A program made the position numbers and the translations under genes. Positions 10,088 to 20,784 of a DNA stretch of 59,228 nucleotides are shown piece after piece. How positions within the stretch are numbered: position 1 is the stretch's first letter; the number at the start of each line of letters is the position of its first letter. This DNA comes from an uncultured Clostridia bacterium (lineage in GTDB: Bacteria; Bacillota; Clostridia; TANB77; CAG-508): the NCBI GenBank assembly GCA_944390395.1, contig CALXPY010000003.1, forward strand, positions 1-59,228. The letters are read 5' to 3'. The notes below the pieces were generated by a model. That model was given only the letters and a program-made list of their open reading frames with translations, made no database searches and was not told the origin of the DNA.

Positions 10088-11200
10088 TTACAATATATTA
10101 ATATTTAATTTAGAATTTTGGTAATCATATTCTATTTCTGCTCCACTAAAAATTTGTTTTAAATCATCTATTTTTATATTATAATAAACTTTATTTCTTT
10201 TAGCTTTATCTTCGCTAAATACAAGCTCATATTCTATTCCATTATATCTAAAGCCCTTCATCGTTCCTGCTTTATTATCTATTATTTCTACATTGTCTAA
10301 ATTATTTAAAATATATCTAATATCTATTCTATATACTCCTTCGGGTGCATTGTATTTTGCTACTGTATAATTTTCGTATCCCTCTGGTGAATCTATACTT
10401 ATATTTTTGCCATTTACAATTACTTTTAAACTTCGTGGAAAATAAACATTTTCTATTTCTTCTATTGGTATTTCTGACAAATCCTTATTTTCACGTTTCA
10501 AATAATCTATATACTCATATTTTTCATATCTTATATATTGATCTACATTATAATCTTTTTCATAGTAAACAGTACTCCAGTATTCATTAATTCGTAGTCG
10601 AGGGTATACTAAATATTTTCCCACATTACCTTCTATATATTGTTTTATTTCGTATAATTTACGTGTAGCTTCTTCTATTTGAGAATAATCTTCTATATCT
10701 ATGTAAATATCATATTTAGTATATATAGGATATTTATTAAAGAATCTATCATTTTCTATGCTTTCTTCTATTGTCATTGCATATTTTATTTCTGCATTAT
10801 CCCATTTATCAATAAAATATTTTACCGATAATTTACCATAATCTTCTTGTACTTCTCCAAAATATTTTACTACATTACAAACAATATCTTTGTTATCTTT
10901 AGGAGAGACCTTATATAATCCATTATCAGAATCATCTATTAGTTCTTCTGAAACTATAGTAAATTTTTTATCATAATTTCTCTCTAATTCTTTTACAATA
11001 TTTATACTTTTTTCATCTGTAAAACTTTTAAACATTAATATAAGTGATATAAATACAAACAAATATAATAATATAGAAAATATAAAGCTTGGTACTAAAA
11101 TTACCTTCATTGTTGTAGTAAGTCTTTTTACAAATTTATCAACTGATTTATAATCTTCTTTATTAAATTCTTTTATTTTTTCTTTTGGTACTTTATACAT
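10088..11200 (-). CDS. Hypothetical membrane-anchored protein
   Basis: 370-aa ORF with one TM near the N-terminus; no family recognised. Confidence 0.7.
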   Translation of the reverse strand: MYKVPKEKIKEFNKEDYKSVDKFVKRLTTTMKVILVPSFIFSILLYLFVFISLILMFKSFTDEKSINIVKELERNYDKKFTIVSEELIDDSDNGLYKVSPKDNKDIVCNVVKYFGEVQEDYGKLSVKYFIDKWDNAEIKYAMTIEESIENDRFFNKYPIYTKYDIYIDIEDYSQIEEATRKLYEIKQYIEGNVGKYLVYPRLRINEYWSTVYYEKDYNVDQYIRYEKYEYIDYLKRENKDLSEIPIEEIENVYFPRSLKVIVNGKNISIDSPEGYENYTVAKYNAPEGVYRIDIRYILNNLDNVEIIDNKAGTMKGFRYNGIEYELVFSEDKAKRNKVYYNIKIDDLKQIFSGAEIEYDYQNSKLNINIL

Positions 11201-11280
11201 TTATTACTCTCATTCCTTTTTTAGGTATAAACCTGGCTCAAAAAGAATTAAATTTATCATTTTTGAGCCTTTATTCCCTT

Positions 11281-14200
11281 TTATTCTACACTTTTTAATG
11301 ACTCAATCATATCTATATTTTTCAACGCAAAATATGTAGTTACATTTATTATTGCTGCAAATACAGCAGTTAATACTATTCCATAAATATAGCTTAATAC
11401 ATGTACCTGAGGATTAAACATTAAAATATCTAATTCGCATGTTTTTATTATATATGATGTTAAAACATATCCTCCAAGTAATCCTAAAAGTATTCCTATA
11501 ATAGTTAATATTATTGTCTCTCTTGATACATAATCATATACTTCTTTATTGTAAAAGCCTAATACTTTAATTGTGGCAAGTTCTCTTATTCTTTCACTTA
11601 TATTTGTATTTGACAAATTATATAGAACTACAATTGCTAGCAATCCAGCAGCTACTATTAAAATCCAAACAACGAAATTCATATTTTCCATTACATCATT
11701 AAAAATATCTTTTGTATCTGATGTAAATCCTATAGTAGAAACATTTTCTTCACTATCTAATATTTCTTTTCCTAAATTATTTTCCTGATCCTCATTTAAT
11801 TCTGCAGTATTAGCATAAATAGTATTATATTCTGGCTCTTCACAATATAATTTTTCATATAATGTTGGAGACATATAAATATAGTGCATAATATAGTTTT
11901 CTGTTATTTTATCAACTTTGGCATCAACTTCAATATCATCTGCATTTCTTAATCTAATTGTATCTCCTTCATTTATATCTAATAATTTAGCCAATTTTTC
12001 TGTTAAAATAATACCTTCATCATTTAATAAATATTTTTCTTCATCATCTTTTCTTGGTTTTAATGTTATATATTTTTCTAATTCATTTACATCTTTTGGC
12101 ACAATTAATTGAATACTTTGGTTGTTATCGTCTTTAACTATCTCTACAGATTGCATATTTAATTCTAAAGCATCGGTTATTTTCTCATTTTGCTCTATAC
12201 TTTCTAATAATCCTTCAGATTTCTCACTATCTTTTAACGAAATATTTAAATCATATTTAAATATTTCTCCATATTGCGCTGGTACCATATATCCAATAGC
12301 ATCTCTCAAACCAAATCCAGCAATAATTAATGATGTACATCCCATTACTCCAATTATTGTCATTAAAAATCTTTTCTTATACCTAAACAAATTTCTTGCT
12401 GTAACTTTGTGTGTAAAGTTTAGTCTAGACCATATAAAATTTATTCTTTCTAATAAAACTCTCTTTCCAGGCTTTGGTGCTTTAGGTCTCATTAACGTTG
12501 CAGGAGTTTGCGCTAGTTCTTTCACACAAGAATAAATTGTTGCCCCTAAAGTGCATGCAGCAGCAGCTAAAAGTCCTATTAATGCATATCTTACATTAAA
12601 TTCAACTATTACTGGCGGAAGATTATACATCATGCCATACATATCAGCTATAATCTTAGGTAGAATATTAAATCCTATTAACATACCAATTATAGCCCCA
12701 ATAACTGTTGCCAAAGTTGCATACACTAAATATTTTCCTGCTATTTGTACTTTAGTATACCCTAATGCTTTTAAAGTTCCTATTTCTCCTCTTTCTTCTT
12801 CTACCATTCTACTCATTGTAGTTAAACTTATTAATGCTGCAACAACGAAAAATACAACTGGGAAAACAGAAGCAAGTTTTGCAACTCTATCTGTATCTTG
12901 TATATAACTTGCATATCCAACATTTTGATCTCTATCTAAAATGTACCATTCTGGTTTTTCAATTTCTAGTAGTTCTTTTTTTGCATCATTTAGCTTGTCT
13001 TCTGCTTTTTCTATTTCTTCATTGAATTCTTTTCTTGAGTCTTCTAGTTTCTTTTCATTTTCACTTATTTCTTTTTTACCATCTTCTATTTCTTCTTGTG
13101 CTAAATACAATTGGTTATACGTTTCAGTTATTGTACTTTCAAGTTTATCTTCTTGCTTTTCTAATTCATCTTTTGCATTTTCTATTAATTTTTCATTTTT
13201 AGCTAATTCATCTTTAGCATTTGTAATAGCATTTTGCAAAAGTTTAATTGTATTATCTAAATCAGAAATTCCTTGATTTTTAAGTTCATTTTCAATAGAA
13301 GAAATAGTCATATTTAATACATAAATTTCCTTACTCAATGATTCAATATTTTCTTGTATTTCTTGGATTCTTTCTGCATCTGTTATAGGATCAAGAGTAG
13401 CCAATTCTTCATTTAATTCTTTTATTTCATTTTGTTTAGTATTTAAATTACTTTTAGCAGTATTATACTGTGTTTGTACATTTTTTAACTTTTCTAAATC
13501 ATCATTATATTCTTCTATTTGGTCTAAAGCCTCTTGTTTGGCTAAATTAAATTCTTCCTCTTGACTTTTTAATTCTTGCTTTGCATCTTCTAACTGTTCT
13601 CTAGCATCAGCAAACTCACTATCCGCTGTAGCCCAATTATTATTTAATTCTCTTTCTCCCGCTTCTAGTTTATCTTTTGCATCCTCTAATTTCTTTTCTG
13701 CATCATCTAACTCTTTTTCAGCTTTTTCTTTTTCATCATCTAATTCTTTCTGAGCATCTTCTATTTTTGAATTAGCTTTATCATATATTTCATTATATCT
13801 TTCTTCTTTTCTATCTTCAGCAATGTTTTCTATTTCTGTTTTTACTTTTTCTATACTTTCATCATATTCATCTTCATAAGAACGAAGTTCCTTAGCTCCA
13901 GCTACAGTTATATAAGCATTTGTATATATTTCTGAATTTATATTATCATTTGCTATATACATATAATAGTCTATTACTCCAGACCCCAACTTAGTGCTCC
14001 CTCGTTCTTCCGATATATATAATGGTGAACTTACTGTACCAACTATTGTTAGTTTATTTTCCTTTAAAGCATCTTTTTCATTGCCATCATCATCTTGTAT
14101 TTTATCTGTAATTACTTCAACTGTATCTCCTATTTTATGACCTGTAAGATTTAAAAATCTAGTTTCTACCACACATTCGTTATTATTCTCTGGCAATCTT

Positions 14201-14565
14201 CCTTCTTCAATTACAAGTTTATTAATATCTGTTGGCATTGTTTCTAATTTTACAACAACTTCTTCATCTCCAGAATTTAAAATAGCATCTAATTGATATG
14301 AAGTTTCTACTTTTTCTACACCTTCTATTTTTTCCAATGATTCTTTATCCGAATTAGTTAATCCTAAAGTAGATATTACTTGAATATCCATACCATTTTG
14401 ATCATCAAAATACTTATCCAATGTTATTTTCATATCAGGACTTGCTGCTTTAATTCCAACAAAAAAGCCCACTCCCAATAAAACAATTAGCATTATTGAG
14501 AGAAATCTTTTATATGTATTTTTTATTTCCATAGCTGCATCTTTATACAAGGCTTTTTTCATCAA
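11281..14565 (-). CDS. ABC transporter permease, MacB/FtsX-like, with central coiled coil
   Basis: Two permease repeats (RMVEEERGEIGTLKALGY; ERIRELATIKVLGF). Confidence 0.88.
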   Translation of the reverse strand: MMKKALYKDAAMEIKNTYKRFLSIMLIVLLGVGFFVGIKAASPDMKITLDKYFDDQNGMDIQVISTLGLTNSDKESLEKIEGVEKVETSYQLDAILNSGDEEVVVKLETMPTDINKLVIEEGRLPENNNECVVETRFLNLTGHKIGDTVEVITDKIQDDDGNEKDALKENKLTIVGTVSSPLYISEERGSTKLGSGVIDYYMYIANDNINSEIYTNAYITVAGAKELRSYEDEYDESIEKVKTEIENIAEDRKEERYNEIYDKANSKIEDAQKELDDEKEKAEKELDDAEKKLEDAKDKLEAGERELNNNWATADSEFADAREQLEDAKQELKSQEEEFNLAKQEALDQIEEYNDDLEKLKNVQTQYNTAKSNLNTKQNEIKELNEELATLDPITDAERIQEIQENIESLSKEIYVLNMTISSIENELKNQGISDLDNTIKLLQNAITNAKDELAKNEKLIENAKDELEKQEDKLESTITETYNQLYLAQEEIEDGKKEISENEKKLEDSRKEFNEEIEKAEDKLNDAKKELLEIEKPEWYILDRDQNVGYASYIQDTDRVAKLASVFPVVFFVVAALISLTTMSRMVEEERGEIGTLKALGYTKVQIAGKYLVYATLATVIGAIIGMLIGFNILPKIIADMYGMMYNLPPVIVEFNVRYALIGLLAAAACTLGATIYSCVKELAQTPATLMRPKAPKPGKRVLLERINFIWSRLNFTHKVTARNLFRYKKRFLMTIIGVMGCTSLIIAGFGLRDAIGYMVPAQYGEIFKYDLNISLKDSEKSEGLLESIEQNEKITDALELNMQSVEIVKDDNNQSIQLIVPKDVNELEKYITLKPRKDDEEKYLLNDEGIILTEKLAKLLDINEGDTIRLRNADDIEVDAKVDKITENYIMHYIYMSPTLYEKLYCEEPEYNTIYANTAELNEDQENNLGKEILDSEENVSTIGFTSDTKDIFNDVMENMNFVVWILIVAAGLLAIVVLYNLSNTNISERIRELATIKVLGFYNKEVYDYVSRETIILTIIGILLGLLGGYVLTSYIIKTCELDILMFNPQVHVLSYIYGIVLTAVFAAIINVTTYFALKNIDMIESLKSVE

Positions 14566-14577
14566 AAATTTCCTCCT

Positions 14578-17500
14578 TTACAATTCTTTAATTGTTACTC
14601 TCTCGTCCCCTATTAATTCTTTAAATTCTTGTAAAGTATTTTGGTTTAAAAATACTCCTCCAGCCATTGCAAATTTATCTCCGTTTTCAATTTGAATTTG
14701 AATATTATTTCTATCTCCACTAAAGAATTTTATTGCACCTTTTAATCTGTTTTTCAAATTTTCATTTAAATCAGTAATATTTATATTTAAGACTTCTTTC
14801 TTTTTTACAACAAACTCTTTTATATCTCTTGCAACTATTTTTGTTGCTTCATCCTCCCTAACACTAAGTCTTCCATCTATTTGAACTATATTATCTTCCA
14901 AAAGAATTGTTGAACAGTTTTGATAACAACTTTCAAATACTATAATCTCTACTGAACCATATAAATCTTCTACTGTAACAAATGCCATTATCTTATTAGT
15001 TTTTGTATATTTCTTTTTAACACTTGTAATTATTCCTGCAAATGTAACCTGTTCGCCATCTCTATGAGTACTATATCCTTTTTCTTCTATGTCTATATTT
15101 ATCTCACGCATCTCAAGACTATTTATATTTGTTTGAGCTTCTATTTGAGTTCTTATATTTTCAAGTGGATGTCCTGAAATATATAGCCCTAACATTTCTT
15201 TTTCCATTGATAATAATTCTTTTTCTGGAAATTCTTTCAAGTTTACATAAGTGTATTTCATTTCATTTAGTGTTTCTTCATTTTCTCCACCCAAATCAAA
15301 CATGGTAACTTGACCTGCAAAACTTTTTTTGTTTGAATCTGCAATACTATCTACAATTCCCTCAAAAGATGCTAATAGAGTACTTCTAGTTTGTTCAAAT
15401 TCGTCAAAAGCTCCAGCTTTAATTAAACTTTCTAAACATTTTTTATTTACTGATGCATCTTTAATTCTTTCACAGAAATCAGCAAAATCTTTAAATTGTC
15501 CATTTTTTTCTCTTTCTGATACAATTTCGTCTACTGCTGCTGTTCCTACATTTTTAATACTGCCTAATCCAAAACGAATTTTATTATTGTCTACAGTAAA
15601 TCTTGTATAACTTTTGTTTATATTTGGTTTTAATATTTCTATATGTAGTCTTTTACATTCATCTATATATGCTGGTATTTTATCCAAATTTCCTAAAAAG
15701 CTGTTTAAAGTTGCTGCCATAAATTCAGCTGGATAATAAGCTTTTAAATATGCAGTTTGGTAAGATACCACAGCATAAGCAGCTGCATGTGATTTGTTAA
15801 AAGCGTATTTTGCGAACTCTGCCATTTCGTCAAATATCTTATTGGCAGATACTTCATCTATGCCATTTCTTATACAACCTGGAATTATTACATTTCCATT
15901 TTCATCAGTCTGACCATATATAAAATATTCTCTTTCCTTAGCCATAACATCAAGTTTTTTCTTTCCCATTGCACGTCTTACCAAATCAGCTCTTCCTAAA
16001 GAATATCCGGCTAAATCTCTTACTATTTGCATAACTTGTTCTTGATATACCATACATCCATAAGTAACTTCTAATATTGGTTTTAATGCTGGATGTGTAT
16101 ATACGGCATGCTCAGGATCTTTTTTGTTGGCAATATATCTTGGTATTTGATCCATTGGGCCAGGTCTATATAATGATACCCCTGCGATAATATCTTCTAA
16201 GCAATCTGGTTTTAATTCCTTCATGAAGTTAGTCATTCCTTGACTTTCAAACTGGAATATTCCCATTGAATTTCCATTTTGCCATAGCTTATATACATTT
16301 TGGTCGTTCATATCTTTGTCAAATTCTACATCTACATTTTTATCTTTCTTTACTAAATCAATAGTATCTTTTATTACTGTTAAAGTACGTAAGCCTAAGA
16401 AGTCCATTTTCAACAATCCTAATTCTTCAAGTGTTGTCATAATATATTGTGTTGAAATAGCCCCATCTCTAACATATAATGGTACATAATTTACTACTGG
16501 TTCTTTAGTTATAACAATTCCACATGCATGTGTAGAAGCCTGTCTTGGCATTCCTTCTAGTGCCATTGCTATATCTATTATTTTTTTTGTTTCATCATTA
16601 TTTTCGTATAATTCTCTTAATTCTCTATTTTGCTCTAAAGCTTTCTTTATAGTTATATGTAATTCATTTGGAATCATTTTTGCAAGCTTATCAGCCTCTG
16701 AATATGGAACATCAAGTGCTCTACCAACATCTCTTATTACCATTCTTGCAGACATTGTACCAAATGTAATAATTTGTGACACATTATCATATCCATATTT
16801 TTTGCATACATATTCTATTACTTTATCTCTTTTTTCATAACAAAAATCCACGTCAAAATCTGGCATGCTTATTCTTTCTGGATTTAAAAATCTTTCAAAA
16901 ATAAGTCCATATTTTATTGGGTCAATATCTGTTATACCTATTGAATAAGCAACTAATGACCCTGCTCCTGAACCACGTCCAGGTCCTACAGGTATATCAT
17001 GGGTTTTAGCATAATTTATATAATCCCAAACTATTAAGAAATAGTCTACATATCCCATTTTTTCAATTACACTTAATTCATAATTTGCTCTTTCTTGTAT
17101 CTCTGTAGATATTGATTTTCCATATCTTTTTATTAATCCATCATCACATAGTTTTTTTAAATAGTCAAAATGTGTGTTATAACCTTCTGGTACATCATAA
17201 TTAGGTAGAATTGTATGTCCAAACTCAAATTCAACATTACATTTATCTGCTATTTTTACAGTATTTTCTATAGCTTCTGGAACATTTTTAAAATACTCAC
17301 TCATTTCTTCAGGAGATTTAACATATAATTCATCTGTTTCAAATCTCATTCTGTCTGGATCATTCATTCTTTTGCCAGTTTGAATACATAAAAGTACTTC
17401 ATGGTTATAAGCATCTTCTCTTTTTAAATAATGTGCATCATTTGTCGCAACTAATGGAATATCTAATTCTCTTGATAATTCTATTAATTTTTGATTTACT

Positions 17501-18051
17501 AAAACTTGTTCCTTTATTCCATTGTTTTGAATTTCTAAATAATAATCATCACCAAAAACATTTTTAAACCATAATGCAACCTTTTTAGCTTCTTCCATGT
17601 CATTTCTTAAAATAGCCTGATTTAATTCACCAGCTAAGCATGCACTACAACATACTAATCCTTCATGATATTTTTCTAATATTTCTTTATCTATTCGTGG
17701 TTTATAATAAAAGCCCTCTGTATATCCTAAAGATACCAATTTTGCTAAATTTTTATAACCATTATTATCTTTTGCTAATAATATTAAATGATTATACTTT
17801 GAATCTAGTTCTGGATCCTTATCATGTCTAGTTCTTGGTGCAACATAAACTTCACAACCAATTATAGGTTTTACTCCTGCTGCTTTACATGCTTTATAAA
17901 AATCAATAGCTCCAAACATAACACCATGGTCTGTTATAGCCATTGCATCCATTCCCAATTCTTTTGCTCTTATTGGTAAATCTTTTATTCTATTTGCTCC
18001 ATCTAATAAACTATATTCACTATGTATATGTAAATGCACAAAGTTAGACAT
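14578..18051 (-). CDS. dnaE: DNA polymerase III alpha subunit
   Basis: HLHIHSEYSLLDG PHP domain, GPGRGSGAGS, PDFDVDF and FNKSH motifs. Confidence 0.97.
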   Translation of the reverse strand: MSNFVHLHIHSEYSLLDGANRIKDLPIRAKELGMDAMAITDHGVMFGAIDFYKACKAAGVKPIIGCEVYVAPRTRHDKDPELDSKYNHLILLAKDNNGYKNLAKLVSLGYTEGFYYKPRIDKEILEKYHEGLVCCSACLAGELNQAILRNDMEEAKKVALWFKNVFGDDYYLEIQNNGIKEQVLVNQKLIELSRELDIPLVATNDAHYLKREDAYNHEVLLCIQTGKRMNDPDRMRFETDELYVKSPEEMSEYFKNVPEAIENTVKIADKCNVEFEFGHTILPNYDVPEGYNTHFDYLKKLCDDGLIKRYGKSISTEIQERANYELSVIEKMGYVDYFLIVWDYINYAKTHDIPVGPGRGSGAGSLVAYSIGITDIDPIKYGLIFERFLNPERISMPDFDVDFCYEKRDKVIEYVCKKYGYDNVSQIITFGTMSARMVIRDVGRALDVPYSEADKLAKMIPNELHITIKKALEQNRELRELYENNDETKKIIDIAMALEGMPRQASTHACGIVITKEPVVNYVPLYVRDGAISTQYIMTTLEELGLLKMDFLGLRTLTVIKDTIDLVKKDKNVDVEFDKDMNDQNVYKLWQNGNSMGIFQFESQGMTNFMKELKPDCLEDIIAGVSLYRPGPMDQIPRYIANKKDPEHAVYTHPALKPILEVTYGCMVYQEQVMQIVRDLAGYSLGRADLVRRAMGKKKLDVMAKEREYFIYGQTDENGNVIIPGCIRNGIDEVSANKIFDEMAEFAKYAFNKSHAAAYAVVSYQTAYLKAYYPAEFMAATLNSFLGNLDKIPAYIDECKRLHIEILKPNINKSYTRFTVDNNKIRFGLGSIKNVGTAAVDEIVSEREKNGQFKDFADFCERIKDASVNKKCLESLIKAGAFDEFEQTRSTLLASFEGIVDSIADSNKKSFAGQVTMFDLGGENEETLNEMKYTYVNLKEFPEKELLSMEKEMLGLYISGHPLENIRTQIEAQTNINSLEMREINIDIEEKGYSTHRDGEQVTFAGIITSVKKKYTKTNKIMAFVTVEDLYGSVEIIVFESCYQNCSTILLEDNIVQIDGRLSVREDEATKIVARDIKEFVVKKKEVLNINITDLNENLKNRLKGAIKFFSGDRNNIQIQIENGDKFAMAGGVFLNQNTLQEFKELIGDERVTIKEL

Positions 18052-18227
18052 ATTTATTCACATTCCTTTCCTAATGCACAAACACGGTTGTAAAGAATTA
18101 AAATAATTATTTTTTCAACCTTTTTTCGTTCTCTATTTTTTCAATATAATTATATTACATAAGCGAAAAAAATAAAAGATGAATAATCAAAATATTTTAA
18201 CATTTTAATCATTCATCTAAAAAAATC

Positions 18228-19319
18228 TTATACATTAAATCTAAATAAAACTATGTCTCCATCTTGCATAATATACTCTTTTCCTTCAGATCTTACAAGT
18301 CCTTTCTCTTTGCAAGCTAGCATAGATCCTTCTCTTATTAAATCATCATAAGATACAATTTCTGCTCTAATAAAACCTCTTTCTATATCACTATGTATTT
18401 TTCCTGCTGCTTTAGGTGCTTTTGTTCCTTTCTTTATTGTCCATGCTCTAACTTCTGGTTCTCCTGCTGTTAAAAATGACATTAATCCTAACAAATCATA
18501 ACTAGACTTTATAACTTTATCTAATCCAGATTCGTTAAGTCCTAAAGCTTCAAGCATTTCTTTTTTGTCATTTCCCTCCAGTGTCGCTAGTTCTTCCTCT
18601 ATTTTTACGCACAAAGGAACTACTTCTGCATTTTCACTTTTTGCATACTCTACAACTTGTTTTACATTTTCATCATTAAACGGATCTTCCAATTGATTTT
18701 CTGATACATTTGCTATGTATAAAATTGGTTTCATTGTTAATAAATATGTATCTTTTAAAATTTCTAGCTCTTCCTCTGTAAAAGATATTGTTCTGGCAGA
18801 TTTGCCGCTTTCTAAAGTAGTTTTGATTTTTTCTAATAAATCTAATTCTTCTTGATATTTTTTATCAGCTTTTAATTTCTTTTTAGCATTATCTATTTTT
18901 TTGTCAACAGCTTCTATATCTGCAAATATTAATTCTAGATTTATTGTTTCTATATCTCTTAATGGATTTATACTTCCATCTACGTGAACTATATTACTAT
19001 CTTCAAAGCATCTAACAACTTCTACTATACTATCCACTTCTCTAATATGAGATAAAAATTTATTTCCTAATCCTTCTCCTTTACTTGCTCCCTTTACTAA
19101 ACCAGCAATATCTACAAACTCTATAACTGCATGAGTTACCTTTTCTGGATTATACATTTCTGCTAATTTATCCAATCTTTCATCAGGTACTGGAACAACT
19201 CCCACATTTGGTTCAATAGTACAAAATGGATAGTTTGCACACTCTGCACCTGCTTTAGTTATAGCATTAAATAAAGTACTTTTTCCTACATTAGGTAACC
19301 CTACTATTCCCATTTTCAT
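18228..19319 (-). CDS. ychF: Ribosome-binding ATPase YchF
   Basis: GIVGLPNVGKST, NYPFCTIEPN and DIAGLVKGAS motifs. Confidence 0.97.
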   Translation of the reverse strand: MKMGIVGLPNVGKSTLFNAITKAGAECANYPFCTIEPNVGVVPVPDERLDKLAEMYNPEKVTHAVIEFVDIAGLVKGASKGEGLGNKFLSHIREVDSIVEVVRCFEDSNIVHVDGSINPLRDIETINLELIFADIEAVDKKIDNAKKKLKADKKYQEELDLLEKIKTTLESGKSARTISFTEEELEILKDTYLLTMKPILYIANVSENQLEDPFNDENVKQVVEYAKSENAEVVPLCVKIEEELATLEGNDKKEMLEALGLNESGLDKVIKSSYDLLGLMSFLTAGEPEVRAWTIKKGTKAPKAAGKIHSDIERGFIRAEIVSYDDLIREGSMLACKEKGLVRSEGKEYIMQDGDIVLFRFNV

Positions 19320-19546
19320 GTTTTATTCCTCCTACTATATTTCATTGTTGAATTCCGTTTTTACACTTTTTTATTATATCATTAAAGTTAAAATTTTACT
19401 ATATATTTGATAATATTTTGAAAAATTAATTTTTCTCCTAAGTATTTACATAAAATTGTACTAAGAGATTTACATCATATATCTTCTATAGTATAATATT
19501 AATTGTAACATAAATACATTGATTTATATCTTTACATTATGAAAGG

Positions 19547-20122
19547 ATGTTTGATTTTATGTATAATTGTAGAATCAATTGTGAGTTTATCTGTAATAAT
19601 ATTATACAATTGTTAAAAATACGGAAAAGAAAAAATGACATTAAAATTTTTACATTAAGTTCTCTTATTAAGAATCATCAAAATACGCTTTTCGTAAAAT
19701 TGGTACAAGATGCCTATTTTGTAACAGAATGTATCAGTAAAGACTATCCAAAATATTTTGAGTGGTATTGGACAAAAGGTATCCCTCGAATATTTAATGG
19801 TACAGGAGAAGCTATTATTTGTACAATCAACAATAAAATAGCTGGCGTTGCAATTTTAAAGAGAGATAAAACTGAAAGTAAAATTTGTACTTTTTTAGTG
19901 GTAGAAAAATATCGTGGTAAACATATAGCTACCAAAATATTAGAGCAAGCTTTTAAGTACCTTGGTACAACAACTCCTCTAATCACAATGTCAGAAAACA
20001 AAGCCCCGATGTTTAAACATATCATAAAAAAGTATAATTGGAAGTTAACAAAAATTAATTATAAGAAACTTTATAATATTAATTCTCGTGAATTAATATA
20101 TAATGGAAAACTTACTAAGTGA
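19547..20122 (+). CDS. GNAT family acetyltransferase (start uncertain)
   Basis: KICTFLVVEKYRGKHIA acetyl-CoA motif A; DYPKYFEW. Confidence 0.72.
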   Translation: MFDFMYNCRINCEFICNNIIQLLKIRKRKNDIKIFTLSSLIKNHQNTLFVKLVQDAYFVTECISKDYPKYFEWYWTKGIPRIFNGTGEAIICTINNKIAGVAILKRDKTESKICTFLVVEKYRGKHIATKILEQAFKYLGTTTPLITMSENKAPMFKHIIKKYNWKLTKINYKKLYNINSRELIYNGKLTK

Positions 20123-20146
20123 TTCTCCTTATATTTGAATCAACCA

Positions 20147-20185
20147 AACACACTCTTAAGTTCAAATGAATTTTTGAGTGTGTTT
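20147..20185. terminator. Probable bidirectional terminator between GNAT and ASCH genes
   Basis: AAACACACTC...GAGTGTGTTT inverted repeat between convergent stops. Confidence 0.55.
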
Positions 20186-20188
20186 TCA

Positions 20189-20530
20189 TTAAATTTTTTC
20201 TATACGTATTCCAAGAACTCCATATTGTTTTTGTTTTTCTGTTGTATAAAATTCTTCTAATGATTCTAATAACTCTTGCTTTGTCATCGAATTATCCGCC
20301 AAAATTTCTATATTAAAATCATTAAATAATTCTTTGAAAGTATTATACTTTAGTAAATCTATAACTTTCACTTTCATCTCAATTTCTAATTCTGGTTCCT
20401 TTTGGAAAACTATAATATCTCCTATATTTATTTTTTGCCTTTTTTCATCAAAAAGTCGTAATTCAATTCTTTTTGTTCCCTTATCAATATAATCAAAATA
20501 TTTAGGTTGCAATTTTAATACATGTTCCAT
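20189..20530 (-). CDS. ASCH domain protein
   Basis: YFDYIDKGTKRIELRLFDEKRQKINIGDII matches the ASCH GxKxxExR motif; AAAGGAG RBS. Confidence 0.85.
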   Translation of the reverse strand: MEHVLKLQPKYFDYIDKGTKRIELRLFDEKRQKINIGDIIVFQKEPELEIEMKVKVIDLLKYNTFKELFNDFNIEILADNSMTKQELLESLEEFYTTEKQKQYGVLGIRIEKI

Positions 20531-20550
20531 TATATCTAAAACTCCTTTCT

Positions 20551-20601
20551 TAACAAAGCTTTTCTAGTATAGGGAAAAGTGATTTTTTCTATACTAGAAA
20601 A
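20551..20601. repeat. Dispersed hairpin element, copy 1
   Basis: TAACAAAGCTTTT plus 13-bp stem; related copies at 41736-41789 and 44711-44777. Confidence 0.65.
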
Positions 20602-20680
20602 AGGAGAGTTACGTGTGAACTCTCCAAAATAATTTAAATACTTATTAAACTCATATATTATAATTTAAATAAATAATTTT

Positions 20681-20756
20681 TGGAGCTTCCAGCCAGAATC
20701 GAACTGGCGACCCCAGCCTTACCATGGCTGTGCTCTACCTACTGAGCTATAGAAGC
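20681..20756 (-). tRNA. tRNA-Thr(GGT)
   Basis: 76-nt cloverleaf, anticodon arm CAGCC-ATGGTAA-GGCTG, TTCGA T-loop, encoded CCA; terminator hairpin at 20603-20625. Confidence 0.96.
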
Positions 20757-20784
20757 ATATACTTACCAAAAATATATACATAAA

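Noticed and set aside
20551-20615. Integron attC site
   Set aside because: TAAC is present but there is no consistent complementary GTTRRRY across copies and no integrase
19330-20680. Prophage or integrative element at tRNA-Thr
   Set aside because: No integrase and no duplicated tRNA 3' end found
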